DNA from: a virus
Virus record (IMG/VR): IMGVR_UViG_3300015245_000002
Span: 1-64,000 of that record
Strand: one strand, 5' to 3'
DNA length: 64,000 bases
In this document: piece by piece, positions 9,434 to 20,975 of the stretch
Numbering within the stretch: position 1 is the first letter of the stretch
Layout of the letters: each line of letters begins with the position of its first letter
Notes under the pieces: generated by a model
Told to the model about the DNA's origin: nothing
Seen by the model: the letters and a program-made list of their open reading frames with translations, nothing else
The model's database searches: none
Made by a program: the position numbers and the translations under genes

Positions 9434-11844
9434 ATCTCACTCCTCCGAAACACCCGCCTCAACGCTGCGAGCCTAAGCGTCTGTCCCTGCGTGCTACCGA
9501 GCGCGATCAGCGCCGCGTACGCCTCCATTACGTCGGCGACCGACAGCAAGTCGCTGTGCGTCGGCGTGCCATAGCGCAAGGCGTGAGCGATGCGATCGAA
9601 CTCCTCGTCGGGCAATGGCCACGACGTCTCCGCGAGCGCTGGATCATCCAAACCGCCGGCACGCTTCATGGCTCCTCCCCGTACTCCTCGAACGTACCCC
9701 AGTCGGTGGCATTCGACGCACGAATCAGTAGCCACATGCACACCGATCGCGATAGGCGAAGCGACCACGCGATGTCATGCGCGCCGAGCCAGAAGCGGAG
9801 CTTCACGGCCGAGCCTTGGCCAGCGCGACCCTGAGCGCCCTACGTGCATCGCAGCACCTGATCTGCCAGGCGTCGTCGTTCAGGCTGTCGCTGTCATGGG
9901 CCTCGAGCACGCCGATGGCGGCGGTGATGATGTCGAGGAGGAGTGGCGCGGAATTGTGGAGGCTGGCGATGTGTTTGGCCAGATCAACGCAGTAATCCTC
10001 GACATCGGTTTCGACTTCGGTGTCTTCACCGTCCGGTGATGTCGCGGTCCATCTTGCCGTGGTGCTGTCTTCGTCCGGAACCCAGTCGCTCGGCCACCGG
10101 CTGAGCTCGGCGCGCAGCTCTGCGATGCTCGGTTTATCGTCGATCACCACTCACCGCCCAGGAAATGCGCCACCGAGACGTACGTGATGCCATTGAACCC
10201 GCATGCCTTCGGGCACTCGCCATCAAGCCTTGGATAACACTTTCGGATCGTATCGCGATCCATGTGCTGAGCCGTAGACTCGTCGAAGGTCAAGCCGTGG
10301 TCACATGCTGGCACATACGCGAATCGGTACGGGATCTTGTTTTTCGTGTCGATGACATGCGTCCCCGCGCGCTTAGACAAGAGCAGCAGATGCGTGTGGT
10401 CGTCCTCGACAGCATGCGACACCAGACCGTAGTGCAGATTCGCGATAAGCTGGCCGAGCCGCTGGTCAGGCGAGGTGTGCCAGTGCTGACGTAGGAGCTC
10501 GATGATGCGGTCGATGCGGCTGGGGTCTCTCATGGCAACGCCCTAGCGGTAGGTGTGTAGAACTCGAGGATTTTCCATATCCGTGGCGAGCAGCGATCGC
10601 ACGCTCCAAACGGGGCCGGGTCACCGCGCCAAAGAGCGCACTGCCACTGGACGCATTCGCCATGAAGTCCGCGTCGCCACCACCACAGACGGATCCGGTC
10701 GTACAGGCTCAACTCGATCGGGGTGATGGTCGAGCCGGCTGGCGTCCTGGCAGTAACCGTGCGACGGCCTATAGTGTGGCGAGTCGGTTCGTCGTGCTGA
10801 TCATTTGCCGAACTAGACTCTCGCCGATCGATAGCTGCCTTACGGATGGCTCGCGCCTGGGTTAGCAGTTGCTCATTTAGGTCCTTGCTCACAGTCTCCT
10901 CAGCTTCCTTGCGATTTCACACCACGTCAAATTCGGATAGCGCTTGGCGACCTGGATTGCGCGCTCGGCGAGTGTCCCAACGAAGACGTCACGGGGGATG
11001 CGGATCGTCATCGCTTGTTCTCTTCCCTCTCGTGCGCTACCGCGTAGCGGTTCGCCAGTGGCAGAGGCAGCAGGTGCCGTGACTCGTTGCCGCAAGAGCA
11101 CCTCCACCCGTAGATTGTCCCGGATGAGACGAGTTCGGTTTGGTGAGTCATCGTCTGTGGTCCCCTCTCGGATCGTTCTGCCCCTCGGTGCCGAATGCAT
11201 CCATGGACAGCAACTCGTCGAGCTTCGCGTTGAGCCAGGCGGCAAGCTCGGCGAGGCCATCGTCTTCATCGGGCCCATCGGCGATTAGGTACTTAGCGAA
11301 CGCTTTCAGGTCTTTGGCGACGGTGAAGGCGGTGGTTTTGCGGAACTTCACTTCACGGCCTCCCATCGCTTCACGGGCCGCTCGACCTGATGCACTTTTG
11401 TACATTTTACCGAGTCGTAGATCTGCATGCCCTCGTCGTGGTGAACCTCAGCGGTGAACATCCAGTGTGCTCCGTCGTGCTCAAAAACGAAGGCCTCCCG
11501 AGTTCCATGGCGCCATGGTTGAGTCTCGATGGAGTCGAGATCCACATCTTCCAGAGCAGCGCGCAGCCAACGTTCATCAACGAGACGGTGATGCTCTCGT
11601 CTCGGTGCAGCTTGCGTACGATGACCTCGGCGAGGATCTCGCCATCGGCATCCGTGATGCGAAGATCCGAGTCTCCGTCATCGCGCTGCTCCGCATACGC
11701 CTTCGCGCCGGCCAGCTCGGCGCGAGCGGTAGCACCGGCGAAGGTCCACGCGATCTCCGGCCCTCCGGATAGGTTGACGTTGGGGATGGTGAATGGTTCG
11801 GTCATGGTCATGTTCATGTCCTCTCTGCTTTCGTTCTCGCGAGG

Positions 11845-12012
11845 CTACGTCGTCTTCTTAACGGCAGCCTCGAACAGCCTCCGCCCCCAATCACTCACCG
11901 ATCGACCATCGCGTTTCGCCGCCACGGCGATCAAACGGTCGAGTTCCGGCGTAACGAGGATCTTCACGAGCTCAGTGCGACGAGGCAGCCTCGAGCGGGG
12001 TCGTCCGGTCAT
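11845..12012 (-). CDS. Ribbon-helix-helix protein, 55 aa (not in ORF track)
   Basis: [55 protein letters not shown]; ATGA-coupled to the pentapeptide gene. Confidence 0.7.
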   Translation of the reverse strand: MTGRPRSRLPRRTELVKILVTPELDRLIAVAAKRDGRSVSDWGRRLFEAAVKKTT

Positions 12013-12752
12013 CCCCCAGTCCCCTGATTCTCAGCCTGCCACTCCACGATCCAGCCCTCGACGATCTTAGCCACGGGGTTAATCGCCGGAACGTGGCCGG
12101 GTGAGATCGCCATGAACAAACGCTCGGCCGGACGAGCCGAGTCTGGCCTGATTCCATCCAGATGATCGAACGCTACCCCGCGCAGGTTACCGATCGTGCC
12201 GACAAGGCAGGCGCATTCACCCTCGTAGCAGGAGCCATCCACGCGACCCTCGCGGATCGCGAGGAGGAGTCCAGTGACTTCCGGGCGAGCGAGATCGAGG
12301 ATCTTGCGGAAGTCATCGCGGGCGCCGGTGAGGTTGGCGCCGGTGAGGTCGGCGTCGATGAGGTCGGCGCCGGTGAGGTTGGCGCCGGTGAGACGGGCGC
12401 CGGTGAGGTTGGCGCCGGTGAGGTCGGCGTCGATGAGGTCGGCGCCGGTGAGGTCGGCGTCGATGAGGTCGGCGCCGGTGAGGTCGGCGTCGATGAGACG
12501 GGCGCCGGTGAGGTTGGCGCCGGTGAGGTCGGCGTCGATGAGGTCGGCGCCGATGAGGTTGGCGCCGATGAGGTCGGCGCCGGTGAGGTTGGCGCCGGTG
12601 AGACGGGCGCCGGTGAGACGGGCATCGGTGAGGTGGGCGCCGGTGAGCAGAGCGGACACAACCGCATCCCGCATCGGGGTTTCGCTGTCGTCAGCAACGT
12701 CGACGACAGCACAGGGCGTAGTTCTCCAGCGATGAGGAATGGTGACCTTCAT
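12009..12752 (-). CDS. Pentapeptide-repeat protein with conserved phage C-terminal domain
   Basis: About 20 A(D/N/R)L(T/I)(G/D) repeats; C-terminal [19 protein letters not shown]. Confidence 0.92.
   Translation of the reverse strand: MKVTIPHRWRTTPCAVVDVADDSETPMRDAVVSALLTGAHLTDARLTGARLTGANLTGADLIGANLIGADLIDADLTGANLTGARLIDADLTGADLIDADLTGADLIDADLTGANLTGARLTGANLTGADLIDADLTGANLTGARDDFRKILDLARPEVTGLLLAIREGRVDGSCYEGECACLVGTIGNLRGVAFDHLDGIRPDSARPAERLFMAISPGHVPAINPVAKIVEGWIVEWQAENQGTGG
12320..12650. repeat. 15-bp degenerate tandem repeat encoding the pentapeptides
   Basis: GGCGCCGGTGAGGTT/GGCGTCGATGAGGTC units. Confidence 0.95.
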
Positions 12753-12794
12753 GGTTTGTCCATACTATGGACGTCCTTGAGCCGAACGCAAGCT

Positions 12795-12990
12795 AATTCG
12801 TGTACCATCACCATGCACCATGACCGACGACGATCCGACCGCATGTACATAGATATCTCAATCCTCGTCAGCCGTCGCACTACATGGCGGAGTGTGACTG
12901 ATGGTCGACGATCGAAATCTCCGACGAGGAATCGATCATTCGCGATGCGCGGATCGTATCTGTTCCGGTTGTCGTGTACGGCGTCACGAC
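12795..12990. other. Candidate attP region
   Basis: Non-coding gap directly downstream of integrase; TCGTGTAC direct repeat near both ends; CACTCCGCCA (tRNA-3'-end-like) on the minus strand near 12884-12893. Confidence 0.35.
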
Positions 12991-12991
12991 G

Positions 12992-14068
12992 TCACGGCAC
13001 CAGTTTCAGCCGGCGCGCGGCACGTTCCGACCGAGTCGCATCCGACGCTCCGCGCTCGGCGTAGCTCCGCGTCGTGACCGGGGATGCGGCCGCGGTCGCG
13101 TGGCCAAGATGCTGCGAGACCGCGAGCGGGGCCACCGAGGCCTCGAGCGCGAGATCGGCGTTGGTGCGCCGCAACGCCTGCGGAGAAACTACCGAGACGC
13201 CTGCCAGCGCGCAGCACTCCATGACCCGCTTGCGCGCCAGAAAGCGGCTCAGACGCGCGCCGAGTTCGTTCAGGAAGATCGGTGCGTTGGTCGCCCGGCC
13301 AGCAACAAGCGTCAGAATCGCAGCGCGCAAATCTCCGGGCAGGTGCAGCGCTCGGCGACCCGCTTCGCTCTTGGTCTTGCCGATCTTGAGCACCATGGCG
13401 CCATCGTCGAGGTCCCGCACGTCGCGTCGACAAAGTTCCGATGCGCGAGCCCCGAGCAGCAGGTAAGCCAGCGTCAGGACCGCGTGCTGATTACCCAGAT
13501 GGTCGTAGCACCAAGCAGCGAGCTGCCGTGACTCATCCGTGCTGAGTCGCGCCTTGTCGGCGCCCATGGCGCGCTTACCCACGGGCTCAACGTCCGCCCA
13601 TGGGTTGGTGCGAATCCAGCGCTCCTTGACCAACCAGCGCCCCATCTCGCGTGCGCGCCCCAGCGCGAACTGGTGCGTGCCAGCCGCGTACGGCGTGCCC
13701 TCCTGATCCCGCTGCGCCCTCCGGTACAGCTCCTCACCACGACCGCTCAGGTAGCGCAGCGGCCGGGCCGCGCAATCTCCGAGCATCGACAGCAGTGCGA
13801 TCCGGTAGGTCCGCACCGTCGTCGGCAGGATGCCATCGACCTCGCGATGCGCCAGCCATGCCTTCATCGCCTGGTCTACTGTCCTGCCTTGCGCCTCATC
13901 GCGGGCAGCATCGATCCACGTCTCTGCTTCTGCCTGCGAAGCAAAGTACCGATACTCCGTCTTGCGTCGTCCTCGATCGTCTGCCTCGTCGACGATATGA
14001 ACACGCCAACGCCCTCCACGTCGGTACGGTCCGTAGATCCTGACTCCGGTTGCTCTGGGTCGTCCCAT
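12992..14068 (-). CDS. int: Tyrosine recombinase/integrase
   Basis: GARASE, KTK, QALRR, LGH and TTRSY catalytic signature; likely start MGRPR. Confidence 0.92.
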   Translation of the reverse strand: MGRPRATGVRIYGPYRRGGRWRVHIVDEADDRGRRKTEYRYFASQAEAETWIDAARDEAQGRTVDQAMKAWLAHREVDGILPTTVRTYRIALLSMLGDCAARPLRYLSGRGEELYRRAQRDQEGTPYAAGTHQFALGRAREMGRWLVKERWIRTNPWADVEPVGKRAMGADKARLSTDESRQLAAWCYDHLGNQHAVLTLAYLLLGARASELCRRDVRDLDDGAMVLKIGKTKSEAGRRALHLPGDLRAAILTLVAGRATNAPIFLNELGARLSRFLARKRVMECCALAGVSVVSPQALRRTNADLALEASVAPLAVSQHLGHATAAASPVTTRSYAERGASDATRSERAARRLKLVP

Positions 14069-14632
14069 GGCTGCGAGGGTCGCGCAGATCGGAGCTCGGC
14101 CGCAACCGCAGCGGCGATCGCCGGAATGTCGTCGGTGGTGAGCGGACGGCTCACGATCCACCCCGCAGCACGATCTTGACGAGACCTCGACACGGCTTGT
14201 TCCTGTCGTCTCGTCGCCGAATGGTTCCGCAACTGGCGCAGCTATCGAAGTCGTCGTCGCGGAAACGGAACCAGCAGTGCACGCCGGGGTAGCGCTCGAT
14301 CCACTCGGCCTGGGTCGAGCAACCGCCAGCGGCGAGGGCTGCGGCCATGCCGGCGCGCCAGTCCGTCACGACTTCATCCTCCCGATCTCCATCGTGAGCT
14401 CCTCGAGGTAGCACCGCGCGCTGACGCCGCTGGCGTAGGACAGCGCGGCCATGAACGCGAGCACGAGGTGGCGCGGACGCGGGGTGCCACTCATAGCGCC
14501 AGCCCCAACTCGTCCACGTACCGCCATAGCCGCTCGTTCACCGAGACCCACGGATACGGCGCTGCGTCGCCGGCGCGGATCGCAGCGCTGATCGTTTTGC
14601 TGCGCTCGCGCATGCCGAGGCGGGCCGGCATC

Positions 14633-15055
14633 TTATCTCGTGGCGCCGCGCATGCAGTAGACTACTTCATTGCTAGTCAGCACGGAAGTGCACTCTAACA
14701 ACTGAAGAAATTCAGCGCCGAGTTCATCCGTTGGCAAACGCATCGCGGGGACCGGGAGCGGCACTCCTAGCGAGTCGCTGCAAGCGCGCAGATCACTATT
14801 TACGCGACTCGCGAGCAAGATCTGGTCTAGTGGAGTAGACGTCGTTGCCTGTGCTCCACAGTCCTGCGTACAGGACGCATCTGCCTCTTCCTGTGAGGCG
14901 CCAAAACCGCAGTGCATCTGCCACACTCCAGGTATCTCAGCAGTTACGGTACAATACATCGGTTGCACGTACTCTGGAGGTGAGCACGCTGATCCGGCCG
15001 TCGCCGGGGACGCAGCAGTGACCGTTACGATAAGCGATAGTACCAAAGCCTTCAT
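14633..15055 (-). CDS. Secreted cysteine-rich protein
   Basis: Signal peptide, 8 Cys, AAAGGA RBS, lower GC than flanks. Confidence 0.65.
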   Translation of the reverse strand: MKALVLSLIVTVTAASPATAGSACSPPEYVQPMYCTVTAEIPGVWQMHCGFGASQEEADASCTQDCGAQATTSTPLDQILLASRVNSDLRACSDSLGVPLPVPAMRLPTDELGAEFLQLLECTSVLTSNEVVYCMRGATR

Positions 15056-15177
15056 GATGGATTCCTTTCGTTAAAGATTCGTAAAGGTGGTGAGCGGTGA
15101 ATCCGTGGAGCCGCAGTTCGCGGCCCACGTGTCGTTGACACGATCGACGTCGAATGCGGTGAAGCGTGGCGGACCGA

Positions 15178-15780
15178 TCATGCGGCGCCCTCCGGGATGT
15201 ACAGGTTTGTCGGGTTGTCCCTGTGGAGTTGGACCGCGCCGAAGATCGGGAGCTGCCCGTCGGTGTCCACAAAGCCGTACGCGCGCGTATCGAACGGGAC
15301 CGAGATCAGGTGCTCACCACGCCTCGACGGGATGCGAGCGCGCAACCTTCCACGATCAGCCAGTAGCGTGGCGAGCCGCTCAGATCGGTCGTTGATCGCG
15401 TCGACGTCGAACAGCCACAACTTCTCGTTCGGCGACGTCGTGCCACATGCTCGATTGTATAACGACTTCATTCCGGCCCAATTCGCGGTCAATGATGCCT
15501 CGACAACCATGCGTGTGAACGTCGCGCCAACCTTGGCGTAGCTGCGAGGCGCAAGCCGGGTGCACGCGCGGACCTTGGATAGGTCGCAGAGCTGCTTGAT
15601 CGTCGGCCATTGCTCTCGGAATTCTTCGGCGCTGCGGTGATAGAAAGTCCGCAGTAAGCGTACGCCGTTGTTTCCCTTGCGCTTCATCCGATCTAGCATC
15701 TCAGTGTAGATGAACGTATCACCGTCGGCGGCGGCCGGGCAGAAGCCAATTATCAGGTCTGAGTTGTCGATGGTGGTCAT
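15178..15780 (-). CDS. AEP (primase-polymerase)-fold-like phage protein
   Basis: WLFDVD and PSRRGEHLI resemble AEP motifs I and II. Confidence 0.5.
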   Translation of the reverse strand: MTTIDNSDLIIGFCPAAADGDTFIYTEMLDRMKRKGNNGVRLLRTFYHRSAEEFREQWPTIKQLCDLSKVRACTRLAPRSYAKVGATFTRMVVEASLTANWAGMKSLYNRACGTTSPNEKLWLFDVDAINDRSERLATLLADRGRLRARIPSRRGEHLISVPFDTRAYGFVDTDGQLPIFGAVQLHRDNPTNLYIPEGAA

Positions 15781-15955
15781 GACTGAATCTCCCCTTCGCA
15801 CGCCACCGGCTCATCACGCACCAGAGCGGTCCACCACCACGCGAGTGGTCCCGACATGCCGTAGTCTAGTATTCCGCGCCGCATCTGGTGTGCGATGCGG
15901 GAGAGCCGGGCATCTTCTGGTTCGCCGTTTAGGCGATCGAAGATACGCGGCGCGG

Positions 15956-16426
15956 TCATCTCAGCCTCCATCCGCTGTGATCCAGCAGTTTGCCGTTAGG
16001 AGCGATCACGTGCAGCGCAGAGAGCCGATTCGCACGCCACTTCCTGAGCGCCATGAACGTGGTAGCCCACGTTCCGCCATGCGGCTGCGGCTCCGGTTCT
16101 AATGGCATCGAGATCATGACGCCACAGGCGGACGCAACCTCGCTGACGATCGTCGCGTTGCGCTTCATGTGCGGCAGCGGATCGCGCGTCTCGTCGCAGG
16201 TGACGTCGGCGCGATGATCGGTAGGCAGTCCGGGGTGCCCAACAATACGAACCGGACCACCTCGCGGCTCCCGACAGATCGCATGGAACTGCGCATCGCC
16301 ACCGATGCACATGCCGTGGTGCGCGGTGAATCCGTCGAGCCGAAATGTCTCACCCAGAAGCCAACGAAGCGTATCAAGCTGCGCGTCAGTCGCGCCGTAG
16401 CGGGTCGCGGTGCAGCCAACGCGCAT
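15956..16426 (-). CDS. SLOG-superfamily (YspA/DprA-like) nucleotide-binding protein
   Basis: VGCTATR, HHGMCIGGD, RNATIV, GGTWAT motifs. Confidence 0.7.
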   Translation of the reverse strand: MRVGCTATRYGATDAQLDTLRWLLGETFRLDGFTAHHGMCIGGDAQFHAICREPRGGPVRIVGHPGLPTDHRADVTCDETRDPLPHMKRNATIVSEVASACGVMISMPLEPEPQPHGGTWATTFMALRKWRANRLSALHVIAPNGKLLDHSGWRLR

Positions 16427-16834
16427 CACGCTCTCCACGGCGAGCGATACCGCTCGAACAATTGATCGATCTCCGACGCTCGAGCCGCGATGTACCCGAG
16501 CTCGTGGTGATCCGCCAGCGGCGATTGCGCGATCTCCAGCGACCGGATCCACAGTAACGCGCAATGGAAATCCACACGCACGGGGTGACTCATTGGTTAG
16601 CTCCGTTCACCGCGCGCAACTGTGCTAGCTGCCGAGCACTCCACTGCGCGGCGAGGCGCGCCTCGTAGGCTTCAATTCGGTGCAGATTGCGCTCGCGGCG
16701 AAGCGCAGCGATGCTGTGTTGGGCGCTCGCCAACGACTCGCGAAGTGCACTGACGTTGCGGAGCGTACGCAGATACATGATCAGTACACCTAGCACTAGG
16801 CCGGCCAATACGAAACAGAACGCGCTCAGAGCGA

Positions 16835-17269
16835 TCATGGCTGGCTCTCCACTGCTACTCTCAGACGCCGCATATCATCGAGCAGCGTCGGACGTGACTG
16901 CGCGCGCCGCTGGCGGATCTCGAGCTGGATCTCGGTGCGCGCCTGACGCGCCTCGGTGAGGCGATCTCCGATCGAGTCCCTGGCCGTCTCCAGTCGCGCG
17001 ATGTCCTCGGCGATTGCATCATCGGCTTGACGGAGCTCGGCGATTCGACTGATGTTGGGCTCCTGACAGTCCGTTCCCTGCTCGATACCGAGGGCATCGT
17101 TGATCTGGTCGACCAGCGCGCTCCGATCGACCTTTCCGGCGAGCAGCATGCAGACCTGCGCATGGCTTACGTTCGACCTCCGCGCCAAGTCTCGCCGCGA
17201 CATCCTCCGCTCCTCGATAGCCTCGGAGACCGTGCGGCGCCATTCTTCGGTGACCTCGGTGATGGTCAC
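16835..17269 (-). CDS. XRE-type HTH protein with C-terminal coiled coil
   Basis: MSRRDLARRSNVSHAQVCMLLAGK. Confidence 0.7.
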   Translation of the reverse strand: MTITEVTEEWRRTVSEAIEERRMSRRDLARRSNVSHAQVCMLLAGKVDRSALVDQINDALGIEQGTDCQEPNISRIAELRQADDAIAEDIARLETARDSIGDRLTEARQARTEIQLEIRQRRAQSRPTLLDDMRRLRVAVESQP

Positions 17270-18267
17270 GGGGCCCTCATGATCGTACTGGAGTCGGAGG
17301 TCGTGGTCGGCAGTCGCGGTGCGTGTGGACGCGCCTCGATCATCGCGATCGCGCCGTGCAACGAGACGAAGGTCCGGTTCACCGAGCGCTGCATGGCGCC
17401 GATCTCGTCGTCTCGATCCGTAACCGAGATCTTGACTGCGAGCTCGCTGGTGTCCGGGCTCTGGCTCACTCGATCCATCTCGGTCGAGAGCGCGACGAGC
17501 GGACGGATCATGCGCCGACTCAGCAGAAACATCCCTGCGATAGCCAGCAGTACGAGCGCGCCGAACGTTACCGACAGTCGCATGATCAGGTCATTGCGCT
17601 GCGCCGTGATCCGGTCCTGCGATACGCCGACACGGAACGCGCCCCAGTGCTGCCCATGGACGAAGATCGGCGCGGCAACGTCCCAGGCCAGTTCTCCGGT
17701 GTCGCGGGGGTATTGCTGGACGAGCACACCAGATCCGGCGTAGCCAGCAGCCGCGACAGGCTCCGCGCCCGGGTAGATCATCTTGCCTCGAGACAGCTGA
17801 GGGTCGGTAGCGTCCCCTTTCGGTGGTCCGTCCTGACGAGAATTCGTCGTCGGAACATAGCCGCCGCTGGCACCCGACTCCAGGCGGATCCGCATCATTC
17901 CCGAAGCGAACAGGCAGTCACTACACGAGCCGACTACCGCGTCCTCGATCTGCTGGATCCCGTGCGAGTCCGTGTAATCGGACAGCAGCGATCGATACCT
18001 GGCGTGCTCGACCTTGACCGAGAATTTGATCTCATCGAGCCGTGGGTGCACGACGTCATCGATCGTCAGCTTACCCGCCTCGACTGCATCGTCGAGGAGT
18101 CGACCATACGCCGCGGCGCTGGCGAGGGCCGTGGTTTGCGCATCCTTGACACGAGCCCCTGTGACCACGTCCATTTCCCGGGCCGTCACGGCGGCACCGG
18201 CCATGGCGAGGAGTAGGAGCATGATCGCAGCGGAGAATACGGAGAGGCGTACGGAGATTCGCTTCAT
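17266..18267 (-). CDS. Membrane sensor: TM, Cache-like domain, TM, HAMP; no output domain
   Basis: YPRDTGELAWDVAAPIFVHGQHWGAFRVG (MCP-type sensor); HAMP IRPLVAL...DEIGAMQRSVN; stop about 30 aa later. Confidence 0.8.
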   Translation of the reverse strand: MKRISVRLSVFSAAIMLLLLAMAGAAVTAREMDVVTGARVKDAQTTALASAAAYGRLLDDAVEAGKLTIDDVVHPRLDEIKFSVKVEHARYRSLLSDYTDSHGIQQIEDAVVGSCSDCLFASGMMRIRLESGASGGYVPTTNSRQDGPPKGDATDPQLSRGKMIYPGAEPVAAAGYAGSGVLVQQYPRDTGELAWDVAAPIFVHGQHWGAFRVGVSQDRITAQRNDLIMRLSVTFGALVLLAIAGMFLLSRRMIRPLVALSTEMDRVSQSPDTSELAVKISVTDRDDEIGAMQRSVNRTFVSLHGAIAMIEARPHAPRLPTTTSDSSTIMRAP

Positions 18268-18881
18268 GGGATCTTTCTGGCGCGATAGGAGTCGAAGCAG
18301 GTGCATCGCGCCGACACGCAACCATGGTCACACAGTCGCATCGTCTCCACCATCGGAACGACGTCATCAATGTGGTCGACACCGGTCTGATTCACGACGT
18401 GACGGATCGTTGCGCTGGCGGCGCGGAACTCTTCGCGTAGCCCGCGGATATCATCGGACGTGACCGTCGCCGGATCGCGATCGCCATGCGTCTCGTCGAG
18501 GTAGGCCAACTGTAGCGCGCGGAGAGCGTACTCCGCAGCAAGCGCGCGACCGCGCCAGTCCTGAGTCGGCTCCTCGCACCTGTCGTGGCGGTTCCAGAGG
18601 CGCCAGCACAAGTGCTGGCCGTCACCTTCCGGAATCGTGTCGTAGTCTGCCTGCGTTGCCGTTGACTTATCGCAGTTTTCGCAGCGGTCAGCCATGGGGC
18701 ACCTCAAACGGACGACGCCAGGCCAGTTCGAGCCCGCCGGCGATCGACAGGTTGGCCAGCAACACGGTCAGGTCGTAGTCGGTCTCATAGCGGATCGCCT
18801 TCATGCCTGGCCCGGTGAGCACCCACTCGGCGCGGTGCCAGATAGCCGGATCGTCGCCGTAGGTCGTGCTGGTGATGATGT

Positions 18882-19286
18882 TCACGGCTCCTCCTTGACG
18901 TGCTGGCCGTGGCCGTCTCCTGCGGTGCTCCAGCGGCGTGCCCGGTTGATCGCCATCTTGGCGTCGACTAGGTCAACCTGCTCTTGCCCGTGTGCGCCTG
19001 GGATGCCTGCGAGCACGATCTGCACGTCGGCTACCTCGGTGCCAGCGCGCGGATCGTTGTCGTCGATGATCAGCGCTTCGATCAGCTCGGCGAGTTCCTC
19101 GGCGGCGCGGATCGCACGGGATAGATTGGGGCGAAGGACGGCTGGCTCGTCGACGATCGCAGTCTTGGCGTGCCACATTGCGCCGCGCATCGCCTCATCG
19201 CTGCGATCGACACGCTCCCATGTCGTGGTGGCCGGACCGAACGTCTCGTTCTGCCACTGCGCGATAGATGCGGTGGTTTCCTTCAC
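18882..19286 (-). CDS. MazG-like dNTP pyrophosphohydrolase (DUF550-like)
   Basis: WQNETFG, EELAEL, EVADV, KMAINRARRW; GTG start with GAGG RBS. Confidence 0.8.
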   Translation of the reverse strand: MKETTASIAQWQNETFGPATTTWERVDRSDEAMRGAMWHAKTAIVDEPAVLRPNLSRAIRAAEELAELIEALIIDDNDPRAGTEVADVQIVLAGIPGAHGQEQVDLVDAKMAINRARRWSTAGDGHGQHVKEEP

Positions 19287-20720
19287 GTCCTCACCTCTTC
19301 CTGTGCCGCGAACGCAATCACGGCCTGCCCCGCTTCGGTCAGCGGATGATGCCGCTTCGGGGCCTTGGAGGCGGCCCAACTCTGACCCGTTGGTCCCGGC
19401 TCCGGCGACGGCTCGATCCATCCGAGGCGTAGGAATGCGCGGCGCATCGCCGATGGGATCCTGCGAGTCGGATCGGCATGAAGTCTCCGAAGCATCTCGA
19501 GCCGCCCCGGGTTGAGCTCTGGCGCGAATCTCGACGCAGCCATACGCTCGGTGTGACACGACACCATCGGCTCTCCACCTGTCGATACGCAATGGTCGAA
19601 CATCGCCGAGCCGCAGTGGGCGCAGGCGACGCGGCGTCCAGTGCTGGCGATTGAGGTTCCGCTCATGGGCGGACCGCGGAGAGCGCCATGGCGAGTCGCT
19701 CCCCTTCTGGGGTGCCGGCCACGGAGTCGCGCCATGCCAGCGCCGCGGCCACGATCTCGAGCAGCGCCGGTGCAGCGTTGCGAAGGTCGGCGATCGCGAT
19801 GGCATCGGAGGCGACGCCGAATGGAGAATTGCAGCAACCGCAGCCACCGATCACGAGCGTAGCAGCGGTTCCCTGCTTGCTGTCATCGACAGTAATACTG
19901 ACGTCTTCGGCGCTCGATGGCGCGATTTCGGTGTAGACAAGCTTCTCATTCATCTCGTACTGCCATGAGCCAGCCTTCCAGGGACCGGCGGTCATGCTGG
20001 CTACGGACCGCTGCAATTCGTCGATGCTCGGCATCATGTCGTCTCTCCTTTGTCGGCCGTCGCTGGCGTCTGCTGCGCCCTCACGCCAGCCTCGAACCCT
20101 CGTCTGTGTGCCATCGCGAACAGGTACGTGTCCGCGATCCACACGGCGCCGACAGACACCGGAATCCACCACCAATGAATCACGCCTCACCGCCATGTGG
20201 TCGCCCAGGCGTCAGCCAGCTCTGCGCCGCGATGGAAGCGGACAAGCGGGCGTTCTCAGCCTCCAACTCGCAAACACGCCTCGCGGACCATTCCGCGCTG
20301 GCGAACCTCACCGCTGCCGCGAAGCGTTCCTCGCGGAGGTCGATGCGCAGCGCGGTGATGATGCGAGCCGATGACCGGATGGCTTGCAGCGCGACGAGGA
20401 GCGACAGGATGGCGAGGAGCGCGATCATCAGGTGCCGCCCAGGATCCGAGAGATCACGGCGCGGGCTGCGTTGACCATAGACGTGTGTTTCCTGGACACG
20501 CTGTCGACGCAGCCGGCGACCGGGTTGTTACAGATCAGGCGATCGGCGTATCTGAGCGCGTCGATGTCTGTGTCGGACAGTACAGATCGATCGTCGAGGC
20601 GTAACAGCAGTGCATCCCGCTCCGCCACCAACGCCGCGGCGACCTGATGCGCATGATCGAGCTGAGCCGACATCTCCGCGACCGCCTGTACGTGTTCGCA
20701 TCTCTCGTCGACGATGATAG

Positions 20721-20975
20721 TCACTGCGGCTCCTCCGTGCCGCACACGTCGCTGCCTCCGCCGCCGAGTGTGCCGCCGCCGCCGCCGGGCGGCCACGGAC
20801 ACACCGCTGGGCAACTCGCTCCGCCAGATCGACCGCCGCATCCGTCACTGCATGTGGCGTAGAAGGTGACCGGGACGGTCTGCGGTCCAGCGCCCCGCAC
20901 GCCGCCAAGACTGGCAGACGCCAGGAGACGGATGGTGTCGGAATTCAGGTGCAACTTCTTGTCGTGTCGCTTCAT
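20721..20975 (-). CDS. RiPP/lanthipeptide-precursor-like peptide, 84 aa
   Basis: Leader KKLHLNSDTIRLLASASLGGVRGA; core with 5 Cys, several Ser/Thr and Gly runs. Confidence 0.75.
   Translation of the reverse strand: MKRHDKKLHLNSDTIRLLASASLGGVRGAGPQTVPVTFYATCSDGCGGRSGGASCPAVCPWPPGGGGGTLGGGGSDVCGTEEPQ

Noticed and set aside
11820-11833. 14-nt identity (CCTCTCTGCTTTCG) with the 41393 hairpin arm as antisense targeting
   Set aside because: Matches this short are expected by chance in 64 kb of GC-rich DNA
12320-12650. Regular repeats as a CRISPR array, and long alternative-frame ORFs over them
   Set aside because: 15-bp units with no unique spacers; they encode pentapeptides and the other frames are shadows
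12880-12900. tRNA gene at CACTCCGCCA
   Set aside because: No T-loop or cloverleaf upstream; at most an att core. No tRNA was recognised anywhere in the window
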